Shown piece after piece: positions 53,116 through 64,000 of a stretch of 64,000 bases of DNA (its first letter is position 1; each line of letters begins with the position of its first letter). This DNA comes from Octopus sinensis (lineage: Eukaryota). The stretch spans positions 11,284,001 through 11,348,000 of the forward strand of contig NC_043002.1 in the NCBI RefSeq assembly GCF_006345805.1, read 5' to 3'. The notes under the pieces are model-generated. The model was not told where the DNA came from and made no database searches. It was given only the letters and a program-made list of their open reading frames with translations. The translations under genes were made by a program, and so were the position numbers.

Positions 53116-53667
53116 GCACACATACATATATACATATGTATGTATGTGCAGAAGAACCGCCTTCCGGGTGGTTTTCTATTAGTTACTAAATTTGATTTGT
53201 ACGTTTGATTTTCAGCTTTTGGTGATTTTGATTTATGTAATGTCAAATTTTCCTTTGATCTCTTTATACATTCATATTACATAACCAAGTTGTACATACA
53301 CACATACATACATACGCTCTTGATTAAACCCGGTTGCTGGGAGACAGTAACGATCGCTCCTGTATAAATAATACAAGTGTAATTCGGGGAGGGCTCACTC
53401 ATATTTACATACCGACTCAAAGTTACCTGAAACTATTTATCAAGCCAGCATTCATCAAGTACGGGGCATTCAATTTTATGACACACTTGTAACCAAATTC
53501 TTCAGAAGCATATTTTTAGTTGCGTTGTGGAAAATAGTTTTGACGGTGACATTAAACGAAACTCGATCGATATATTCAATTTCGTTTCTTGGTTGCTGTT
53601 ATCCCTGTAAGGAGCTAATTAAGCGCGCCGTCTATCTCAATGTCCAGAGGTTAATCTGTGAAATTAA

Positions 53668-54135
53668 GATTAGGGTTAAGGTTTAGGGTTGTTAAATTTA
53701 AGGGTAGGGTTTAGGAACAGAGGTAGGTCTAGCATTTGAGTGTGGGGTTAGAGCTTAGGGATATGTTTAGGGTTAGGTTTAGGGTCACGGTTTAGGGTTA
53801 TGGTTTAAGTTTAGGGTCAGGATTTAAAATGAGGCTTAAAGTTAGGGTTAGAGTTTAGAAATAAGGTCAGTTAGGATTAGAATCTAAGGTTAGAGCTTAG
53901 GGTTAGGGCTAAGGTTTAGGATTAAGTTTAGGGTTAGAGTTTAAGGTTACCGTTCAGGTTTAGAATCAGGGTTTAAGATGAGGGTTAGAGTTAGTGTTAT
54001 GGTTTAGGAACAGGTTCAGGGTCAGGATTAGGTTCTAGCGTTAGAGTCTGGGAATAGGACTAGTGTTTTGAATTGAAGTTACGATTAATTTAGGGTTAGG
54101 ATTCAATTTGAGGGCTAGAGTTAGGGTTAGGGATT
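53668..54135 (+). repeat. Degenerate interstitial telomere-like (TTAGGG/TTTAGGG)n tract
   Basis: Numerous ttagggtt and gtttagggtt variants over ~470 bp. Confidence 0.85.
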
Positions 54136-54344
54136 AAACTACATGCTAAAGAGTAAATGGTCACGTAGACCGCATGCTATGTGGTACAAACAAAAGGTCT
54201 GTTGTTAAAAATACGTTTATCAATTATACGATAGATAATTTATTTATAATTTTAATCTCATAGATTTCGTGTCGGTGCTTCGCTTAATAATTACGTACAT
54301 CTAACGTTGCACCATCATTTAAATAAAGTCTGTAAGGTCAGGTA

Positions 54345-54390
54345 AGCGATCCCTGATGAAGCTTAACAAAGCTGAAACTGGTTTGGTTAT
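54345..54390 (+). ncRNA. Hammerhead-ribozyme-like core
   Basis: CTGATGA (54353-54359), perfect stem AGCTT/AAGCT, GAAAC, then TG-GTT. Helix I pairing is poor. Confidence 0.45.
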
Positions 54391-54896
54391 ATCCTCTTCT
54401 TATTGAGAAAGCTTTTGTCTGTTCGTAGTGAGACTAAATATATGCTCATTGAACATAATACAGTCTTCCTCTATACATATTTCTGCACAAAAACTTAGTA
54501 TTTCTACTTTATTTCAATGTAAATTGCTCACAAGAAAATAATGTACATAGGTCGTTTAGAACAAAATGATGCCTGATGGGTCTTAAGATAGGCGAAACTG
54601 TTCGGACGATCCTTACTTTTAAGTGTTTATGTTTACCATGGAGTATATTTTTACAGTTAAACTTACTTTGTGCATAGGGGTTTAGTTCACAGGGGATCTA
54701 AATGATTAGGTACGCTAGGTAAGTGCTATAACGGATTACAAGGGCTTCAATGTTATAGCCGAGACTGTAGTTATGGAGCCATTGCAGGTTTCCGATGCAG
54801 CGGATGTATAATTGCTAATTGGGACAACAAACGTTAAGGCAAGGCAAACGTCTCAAGTCGTATATATTATTATTATTATTATTGGAAAAAATTCAA

Positions 54897-54953
54897 AGTC
54901 TTACAGCTGTTTCTGGGGTATGCCTGAGTATGGAATATTCCGTCATCAGAAAC
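54897..54953 (-). ncRNA. Hammerhead-ribozyme-like motif (type I)
   Basis: GTTT-CTGATGA-...-GAAAC-AGCT-GTA-AGAC. Helix I (GTTT/AGAC) and the palindromic stem III (ACAGCTGT) are intact; the closing pair of stem II is mismatched. Confidence 0.45.
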
Positions 54954-55202
54954 AAATAGGGAAAACAAGGAAAATGAGAATGGTATATATTAATGAGACG
55001 AGTAAGGAATAAGGAGATGAAGAGAGAGAAGAAAAAAGAAGCATAAAAGTTCATAGTTCAACTTTCCGACTTTGTTGAAACAAGACCATAAGTCCTTAGG
55101 TGGAATCCTGCGTAGATCCATGTGAGTTAAAAACTTGATATAGTAAACATCCAGAGAAAAAAGACGCGAACATATCAACGTTCAATGAAAGAATGGTAGA
55201 AT

Positions 55203-56670
55203 TTAGGACGAACCAGCAAAAATATAATAGACAGAGTCATACACTCTGTTAGGGAGAAACTAAATGTTAACTTATGGTCCTGCACAGGCGAGGCCACCAC
55301 TTGGTTCTACCTGCTTCAAAGCAAAAACGCATCCTCTTTCCTACAATTGGACATCAGCAATTACTACGCCTCTATATCACCTATCCTCCTTAATAACGCC
55401 CTTACCTTAGCTAAAAACCTAACCAACATAACCTTCTTAGAAACTGATGTAATTCTATCTGCTAGGTAGACCCTCATATCCTTCGATAATAATCTTTGGC
55501 ACCGCGCTAACCTCAGTACTAACAGAAGCAACTTCTTTGATATAACTATAGGCTCGTCTGACTCCGCTCAGATCACGGATCTAGTCGGATTGCACCTCCT
55601 TCACCAGCTCCGCACACAATTCCGCCATATCAAGTGGGGTTATATAGAAATGATGTATTGTTAATTATAAACGGCCTAACAAAATCTGCATTAGACAAAG
55701 CTAGAAAACACATAATGTCTTTGCTAATTTCAACCTATCTATCTGTTTTGAAAACTCTTACAGGGCAGAAAATTTTCTAGACTTTACTCTAGATTTAAGC
55801 CATTCACTATACTTCCCATATCATATACCCAATCAATACCTTAAATACATCAACACAGAATCTAACCATCATATATATCTACTTTTGAGAGCATAATCAG
55901 AAGCATATCCATCAGAATATCCGATCTATCTGCCACTGAAGAAATCTTCAATAGCCACGCCAGTTACTATAACTAGGCTCTAGCTGCTAGTGGTTTCTTC
56001 CTGAAAATTAGATTTATACCCAACACTAGACTTAAGGAACATCTATCGAAACTTAGCTCTAGACAAACGCGCACAAATATTGTAAACCCAAACCCTCCTA
56101 CTATGATTAATGTGGCCCACCTAGCACCCGAACGCACAACAGTCGTTCTACAAACATTAATACTAATACTAGACCTTCCAGCAGTCACTAGGAATTACAT
56201 CTCCCCTAAGTTTCCTAATAAATCGGCGGGAGATCTATCCTCTGGTATACACCTCCATTCGCTTTAAACGTTAAGGGCCTCGCTAAAGCTTTCTGTAGAA
56301 TAGTAGAGTCCAATTTCCTGCGTAACTATAAGTACCATTCTATCTTTAACAAATCCACTTTGAAATTACTATTCTTCTTTCGTTCTGGTCTAACGACCCT
56401 CCACGTCTGTTTTCGTTCGGTTTCCTTGTATGTCTCAACTGTTATTTTTTTGTTCCCAACTTTGACCCTCCATAAATCTTAAATTTTATTTTAGAATTTA
56501 TGGGAGCAACTGTCTTTGAAGACTCCTATCGTCGTTAGAATGCTCGAAATGAGGAGTAAATAGACAGCCGACAACTGGTGAAGGGTCCTTTTTCTGTGTT
56601 AACTTGTCCCGTTTTCCATTTTTTCTCGTTTGCATATTTCACTCGTTTTTGTCCTGTATTTACTGACAAC
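55203..56670 (+). mobile_element. Penelope-like element, degraded reverse transcriptase plus terminal sequence
   Basis: LGRTSKNIIDRV..FLQLDISNYYASIS..FDITIGSSDSAQITDLVG..LY.ND..FTLDL..SNH..ILWYTPPF..YHSIFNKSTLK follow PLE RT motifs (FD+TMGSYDGAE+CELVG, LYRDD, IWFNPP). Contains stops and frameshifts; no GIY-YIG domain was seen. Confidence 0.85.
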
Positions 56671-56673
56671 ATC

Positions 56674-56782
<109 letters not shown>

Positions 56783-56815
56783 CACACACACTCACACACG
56801 CACACACACACACAC

Positions 56816-56861
<46 letters not shown>

Positions 56862-57279
56862 ATAATATATATATATATACGTACATATATATACATTACA
56901 TACAATTAAGAGCTCCCAAATTAGGATGCCGAGTACTGGGAACACAAAAGGGAGATGAATTTATCGAGAGTGAAAATCAAAAACGTTTACCGATAACTTT
57001 ACACCTCGGACTGATCAGTTTCTGCCTCTTTCTAGCAAAACACAGAATATGTTTGCCAAGGCTGGCTTCATCAACGAGTCGCCTAAATTGAATCGAGGTC
57101 TGCAGCGATGTGAGACCATGTGTTGGTCTCGACTACTAGCAGATCTTAACTTTTCAAATCTCTGCGCAGACGCAAAACTTACACGGCAGTATAGGGTATG
57201 CCGGGAAGAATTTTACGAATAAATTCATCAAGTAATATGCGAATATAAACAAGAAGGATTACATATATATATTACATAT

Positions 57280-57312
<33 letters not shown>

Positions 57313-57568
57313 TATATATATACATACTTTATAATAAAGCTGCAAAGACATTACAAAACCTGTTACTCAGAGTTTCACAGTCCCGTCGTCTGTCAGTTTT
57401 TGCGATGTCTTTACAGCTTATTAATAAAGCATATTACTCTACCTCCGATATTCGAGTACTATTTTCTCCCTTACTTTGGTTTATATATATATATATATAT
57501 ATATGCATACATATATATACATACATACATACATATATATGCATACATATATATACATACATACATAC

Positions 57569-57609
<41 letters not shown>

Positions 57610-57611
57610 AG

Positions 57612-57930
57612 TGAGGGCGCGTGGCTTAGTGGTTAGGGCATTCGGCTCATGATCGTAAGGTTGTGAGTTCGATTCCCGGCGACGCGTTGTGTCCTTGAGC
57701 AAGACACTTTATTTCACGTTGCTCCAGTCCACTCAGCTGGCAAAAATGAGTTGTACTTGTATTTCAAAGGGTCAGCCTTGTCACTCTCTGTGTCACGCTG
57801 ATTATCCCCGAGAACTACGTTAAGGGTACACGTGTCTGTGGAATGCTCAGCCATTTGCACGTTAATTTCACGAGCAAGCTGTTCCGCTGATCGTATCAGC
57901 TGGGACCCTCGTCGTCGTAACCGGCGGAGT
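57612..57930 (+). mobile_element. tRNA-derived SINE family D (GGCGCGTGGCTTAGTGGTTAGG head)
   Basis: A and B boxes, then gtccttgagcaagacactttatttcacgttgctccag. Copies at 7642-7880, ~10025-10160, 26205-26520 (+) and 52530-52827 (-). The 3' part is shared with family C. Confidence 0.75.
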
Positions 57931-59362
57931 CTTTAAATATATATATATATATATAATATATATATATAATATTATATATATTATATATATCTATATATAT
58001 AACACATGCACACACTCACACGCACGTTCACACACACACACACACACGCAAACGTATATACAGAGATATGAGTGGTGTGTGTGTGTGTGTGTATGTGTGT
58101 ATGTATGTATAGTGTGTGTTTGTGTGAGTGTGTTTGTGTGTGTGTCTTGTCTGTAACGCATGAGATATAGTTTTTACGGTTAAGTGCAATCTTTAATGGC
58201 CTCAAGTATCAATCACCAGGTACTTTAAGTTTCGGCAAGATATACGGACTTGATGCTAGTTACCTTTCACAGAGTTGAAAGTAAACAATGTTGATTTCGT
58301 AGAGTTGATAAAAAGAAACGGGGGAGACGAAGCTTGACTGAAAGTGAAAAGAAATGAATATTATGTGTAGAAAATGGCTAATATATGATATGATAGAATA
58401 CGACATGTATGAACAGATTTTAGGTTAGATCAAATATGTTTGTCACATATTTCGACTGCTAAAAGGCAAATACACTCTTGTTACCATGGAGAAAATAATC
58501 TCTCTTATGGTAAAATGGTGTGAAAATACCCAGTTCGTTCAGTGTGACCATCTGTTACGAATCTCAAACATCGATGTTTCGAGTTTTTCTTTACTTTTGT
58601 CAATGAGATGTACCTAAGAGAGGGAACTCTAAACGAACTTAATAAAGCTGTAGTTATATATATATATAGGGAGATGTACTCGCATAGCAAGTGATTTGAT
58701 CTGAGATCGTGTGCTGAAACGAAAACAATTGCAGCGTGGAAGGTGTTTGAAAGCCATTTAAGAAACACACAAAAGCCGTTCGATTCACTTCAACATTTAA
58801 GTTTAATTTGTCAAAATATTTTCGTCGCTAAAATCCGCGACCTGTTCACTGACAAAAATCCGTGCTGCATCTGAGAAAGTAACTGTTAGTTCGTCATATA
58901 TATGTACGTATGTATGTGTGTATGTATGCATACAAGCATGTATGCATGTATGTATGTAAGTATGTATTTATGTATGTACGTACATACGCCTGTGTATGCA
59001 TGTATGTATGTATGTATATATGCATGTGTGTGTATATGCACGCACATACACACTATAAACATAAAGCTATAAACCTGTAGTGATGGATAGATGTAGACTG
59101 ACCACTCATCACAATAATATCAAATTTCAACCTCCCCCGCCGAAACTAGAAAGTGATTTACGACCCTTACCCCCCCAAAAAAACTCTAAAACCTATTATC
59201 AGATATTTATCTCTATATCACAGAACTTTTGTTTTACTATTACTTGTTTTTTTTTCCCTTCCTACATCTAGTTACTTCCTGTCAAATATATATACGTATG
59301 TATGTATGTATGTATATATGTATGTATGTGTGTATGTATGTATGTATGTATGTATGTATGTA

Positions 59363-60405
59363 TTTCCCCAAAACTTTTTCGAAAATATTCACCGAAAACT
59401 TTACCCAAAAATTTTTCGAAAATTTTACCCAAAACTTTTTCGAAAATTTTCCCAAAAATTTTTCGAAATTCCAAAATTCTCACCGAAAATTTTCCTAAAA
59501 AATTTTCGAAAATTTTCACCGAAAATTTTTCCCCAAAATTTTACGAAAATTTTACCCAAAAACTTTACGAAAATTTTTGCCGAAAATTTTCCGCAAAGTA
59601 TAGAAAGCCAGCGGTGCCAAAATCACAAAGTATGGAAAGCCAGCGGTGCCGAAATCACAATGTATGGAAAGCTAGCGGTGCCAAAATCACAAACTATGGA
59701 AGGCCAGCGGTGCCAAAATCACAAAGTATGGAAGTCCAGTGGTGCCAAAATCACAAAGTATGGAAGGCCAGTGGGTAAAATTTTCGGGGAAAATGTTCGG
59801 TGAAAAGTTTCGAAAAATTCTTGGGGAAAATTTTCTCAGACTTTGGTGAAATGTTTAGAAAAAAATTTGGTGAAAATTAAAAAAAAATTTTCAGAAGAAT
59901 GCGATGAAAATTTTGAAAAACTTTCAAAGATTTTGCTGAAAAGTTTGAAAAAACCTTTCAGATGAATTTGCTGAAAATTTTGAAAAACTTTTCAGAGGAA
60001 TTTGATGAAATTTTGAAAAACTTTTCAAAGATTTTAGTGGAAATTTTGAGAAACTTTTCAGAAGAATGCGATTAAATTTTCAAAAACGTTTCAAAGATTT
60101 TTGTGGAAATTTTGAGAAACTTTTCGGAACAATGCGATGAAAATTTTGAAAAACTTTTCAAATATTCTGAACTTTTTAAAGATTTTGGTGAATATTTCAG
60201 AATAACTTTTTAATGAATTTGGTGGAGCTTTTGAAATACTTTTCAAAGGAATGCGATGAAAATTTTGAAAAACTTTTCAAAGAGTTTGGTGAAAATTTCA
60301 GGAAAACTTTTCGAATAATTCCGTGGAATTTTCAGAAAAACGTTTCAAAGATTTTGGTGAAAATTTCGGAAGAAATATTTTTGGAAGAATATTTTTGGTA
60401 GATGG
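59363..60405. repeat. Foldback-like structure: GAAAATTTTC-rich arms in opposite orientation around a 32-bp minisatellite (59595-59773, ~5.6 copies)
   Basis: The left arm has ccc/aaaattttc motifs and the right arm their reverse complements (ggg/gaaaatttt). Central unit aaagtatggaaagccagcggtgccaaaatcac. Confidence 0.7.
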
Positions 60406-60412
60406 AAACTGA

Positions 60413-60490
<78 letters not shown>

Positions 60491-60547
60491 ACACACACAC
60501 ACATACACACACACACTCGCACGCACTCACAAACACATATATCCATG

Positions 60548-60798
60548 AAACCCTTTAACTTGTTTCAGTCATTTGACTGCGGCCATGCTGGAGCACCGCC
60601 TTTAGCCGAGCAAAATCGACCCCAGGACTTATTCTTTGTAAGCCTAGTACTTATTCTATCGGTTCTTTTGCCGAACCGCTAAGTTACGGGGACGTAACAC
60701 ACCACCATCGGTTGTCAAGCGATGTTGGGGGTGGGGGACAAACACAGACACACAAACATATACACACACATACATGCATATATATATATATATATATA

Positions 60799-60832
<34 letters not shown>

Positions 60833-60925
60833 CGACGGGCTTCCTTCACTTTGCATCTATCAAATCCACTCACAAGCCTTTGGTCGGCCCGAGGCTATAG
60901 TAGAAGACACTTGCCCAAGGTGCCA
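60548..60925 (-). mobile_element. tRNA-derived SINE family E with an internal microsatellite
   Basis: Blocks gtgtcttctactatagcctcgggccgaccaaagg and gatagaataagtactaggcttacaaagaataagtcctggggtcg. Copies or fragments at 6790-7005, 14655-14850, 18826-19125, 19570-19830, 30510-31005, 44720-44910, 46510-46680, 48428-48590 and 50170-50380. Confidence 0.75.
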
Positions 60926-61110
60926 CGCCGGGCGAAATGTTTAGCGGTATTTCGTCTGCCTTCATGTTCTGAGTTCAAAATCCACCAAGGTCGACTTTGC
61001 CTTTTATCCTTTCGGGGCCGATAAATTAAATACCTGTTGCATACTGGGGTCGACCTAATCGACTGGTACCTTCCCCCAAAATTTCGGTTCTTGTGCCTGA
61101 AATAGAAAAG
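60925..61110 (+). mobile_element. SINE family A fragment
   Basis: cacgccgggcgaaatgtttagcggtatttcgtctg...gagttcaaa module. Confidence 0.7.
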
Positions 61111-61149
61111 AATGTTTTTATTACAACTTGACATAAAACAGGCATAAAT

Positions 61150-61855
61150 ACACACACGTGCGCGCATATATATATATGTATATGCCCCCTCCCACACACA
61201 AATACGTACATGTCTGTGCATGTGCTTATGCGTATATGTGTGTATGTGTATGGTGTGTGTGTATGTATGTGTATATATTTACATTTATACACATACATAT
61301 ATGTTGTATGTATATATGTATGTATATATATATGTATGTATGCGTCTGTGTGTTTGTATCTACATATACACACGCACATATATGTATGTATGTGTGTATA
61401 TCTACATTTATATATACATGCCCTATGTATGTATGTATGTATGCTTGTGTATGTAAGTATCTATGTATGTGTGTATATCTACATATATAATGCCCTATGT
61501 ATGTATGTATGTATGTATGTATGTATGTATGCGTGTGTGTGTGTGTGCGTGTATCTACATATACACACTCACATATATGTATGTATGTGTGTATATGTAC
61601 ATATATATATACATGCCCTATATATGTATGTATGCGTGTGTATGTAAGTATCTATGCATGTGTGTATATCTACATATATAATGCCCTATGTATGTATGTA
61701 TGTATGTATGTATGTATGTATGTATGTATGTATGCAGGTATGTATGTATGTATGTATGTATGTATGCGTCTTTATGTTTGTATCTACATATACACATGCA
61801 CATATATGTATGTATGTATGTATGTATGTATATCTACATATATATATACATGCCC

Positions 61856-61889
<34 letters not shown>

Positions 61890-62070
61890 TGTATGCGTGT
61901 GTGTATATATCTATGTATGTGTGTATATCTACATATGAAATACCTATGTATGTATGTATGTATGTATGTATGTATGTATGCAGGTATGTGTGTATGTATG
62001 TATGTATGTATGTATGTATGTATGTATGCATGTATGTATGCAGGTATGTGTGTGTGTGTATGTGTGTATA
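61150..62070 (+). repeat. Compound (TATG)n/(TA)n tract with a recurring atgccctat/gtatctacatata spacer
   Basis: Direct observation. Other microsatellite fields at 20953-21380, 29930-29995, 30430-30840, 48590-48740, 48990-49290, 49855-50125, 52381-53145, 56672-56900 and 60415-60530. Confidence 0.93.
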
Positions 62071-63082
62071 TTTGCATTGATGTATAGCAAAAGAATCTAT
62101 CAAAGTGACCGAACTTGTTTGACATGACACCAAACAGATAGTCATTTGTTTAACCTTTAGTTGAAACGAAACGAGTTCGCAGGTGCGGCGATCGACTCCG
62201 GAAAAGCCAAGTTCTGCAACGGCTTCGTTGCAATTCACAATCAAGGACTCAGTTTTCTTGCTCGTAAACACACATTTGCCATTTACCACTTTTACGCATG
62301 CGTACACACTTGTACATTGTACATTGCATATCCTTGTGTGTTTGTTTGCATTTGTGAATAATGTGCTTTGACTGCAGTGTCAGAGCATTTAGCTCTTATT
62401 TCTATCAGTGTAGGTGTTTCTAAGACACTAATCATATTTAGTGACAAGTATAGTTTTCCGTTTTGGTAAAACCTTGCATACTGCTGCCAATATTAATCCA
62501 CTCCAGGTGATGGGGTTTTTTCTCTGATTTGTTTTGGGACAATGTAAAATAGAACAGGGTCCATTGGGGGTAAAGAAACTGCGTTGCAGTAAATTTATGT
62601 ATCGTGACCCTGAACTGTGTAGGAGACGTATGGTACGTGGCATCAGTCTTGGATGAATTCTGAATCTGATGTGAAGGTCGTTTGGACAATACTGGTGTAT
62701 AAACTATAGTAGCTTATTTAGAGAGTATGCTACTCTCTAAATTATAGTAGGCTTAATAAGATATACATTGCTTTCTAAACTCATTCTGTTACAGATATCA
62801 CAAGGAAACAATGTAATTATTTTGGTTTCTAGTATTGATGTAAATTTGTTAAAAATGGTTTAACCTTTATGTTGGAAATCTATATGGTCATCTGTACTGA
62901 GGAGAGCAGTTCCTTTCAAACTGAAGTAATGTTTTCATTGATCGATTAAATGGAGCCGCTTGAAACGGCCGTAATATATTGATACCTATACATCATTGTT
63001 ACTTATTAAAATTTTGTTTACCTAACTATACCGAACAGGCAAGGTGCCTGTATTTCAGCAAATAATTCAACTGAATCCTAAT

Positions 63083-63114
<32 letters not shown>

Positions 63115-63780
63115 TGTATGTATGTATGTATGTATGCTCGAAATGAGGAGTAGGTAGACAGCCGACAACTGATGAAGAGTCCTTTATGTGTGTTTACTTG
63201 GCCTGTTTTCCAACTTTTTTTCGTTGTTTACATATTTAACTCGTTTGTTTACGCATTTCATGTTCTTTGAAGCGTTGGTGACGTCCTGTACGCATATATC
63301 TATGTATATATATTTATTAACCTGATCTACCTTCGATTGATTTCTGTGGTTATCATCAATGTATTTTGACGATTTAAGTAAGAGTTTTGGTTGTTATTTC
63401 CAGCAGATATACATACTTAGTATGTCCTTTGTTAATCTTAATTCTCCATTATTTAATGCATTTTTGGGGCCTACAATCGCTTATATTATTGATTTTGCTA
63501 TTATCATTTTTCAAAATAGTCATACTAGATAATAACAGAATTAATAATATATTAGCAAATTAATTTTTCGTGAATTGTTTGCCCTTGTATCAATGTCCAG
63601 TTATTATTATTATTTTTATTGTATTTGCGTAACATTATCCGTTTTTTTTCCGTCCTTGTTTTCTTGTATCGTCTATCTGGATGTTTTGTTGTTCCTTTTA
63701 TGTATCACCTAATTGCCTGGATGTTTTGCGTTCCTGTCCTATTTTGTATAATATATATATATATTATATATATATATTAT

Positions 63781-63827
<47 letters not shown>

Positions 63828-64000
63828 TGCAAACGTCTCCAGGACTATCTTGTCCATTGCACCCCTTTCCTTTCAAGAAAAGGTACAATGTAATGTGAGG
63901 GAATTTAGCAGCAATTTTCAGCAGATCTAGTGACCAGTAACGGTAGAAAGGGGGGTGGCGACAGGAGGTAACAAGCGTTGTGACTTCTGTTAAGATTAAT

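Noticed and set aside
53668-54135. A true chromosome end
   Set aside because: The repeats are highly degenerate and have ordinary sequence on both sides.
59153-59803. 216-aa and 158-aa ORFs with repeated QNHKVWK units
   Set aside because: They are products of microsatellite, stop-poor GAAAATTTTC arms and the 32-bp repeat. The unit is not a multiple of 3 and there is no coding evidence.

Overview
Eukaryotic, repeat-dense genomic window with no prokaryotic features. The SINE families and microsatellites look like those of an octopus (cephalopod) genome; this is my recognition, not a database result. The only host gene I can support is the 5' part of YEATS2 (YEATS-domain chromatin reader of the ATAC complex) on the minus strand. 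It has seven coding exons between 14602 (ATG) and 793, all with AG/GT boundaries and matching phases, giving 870 nt / 290 aa. The gene continues beyond position 1, and a non-coding first exon was not located. The rest is interspersed repeat: at least five SINE families, RTE, Tx1/L1, R4/Dong-like and Penelope-like retroelement remnants, Helitron, hAT, MULE and Tigger-like non-autonomous elements, and long microsatellites that produce most of the ORF track. The most notable structures are: a ~9.2 kb array of ~55 x 165-bp units derived from a SINE module, with higher-order block duplications; two LINE families that appear to target microsatellites; hammerhead-ribozyme-like motifs around a Penelope RT; a YEATS2 splice acceptor set in a SINE (ATT)n tail; and a foldback-like element. 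All alignments were done by eye and repeat boundaries are approximate.
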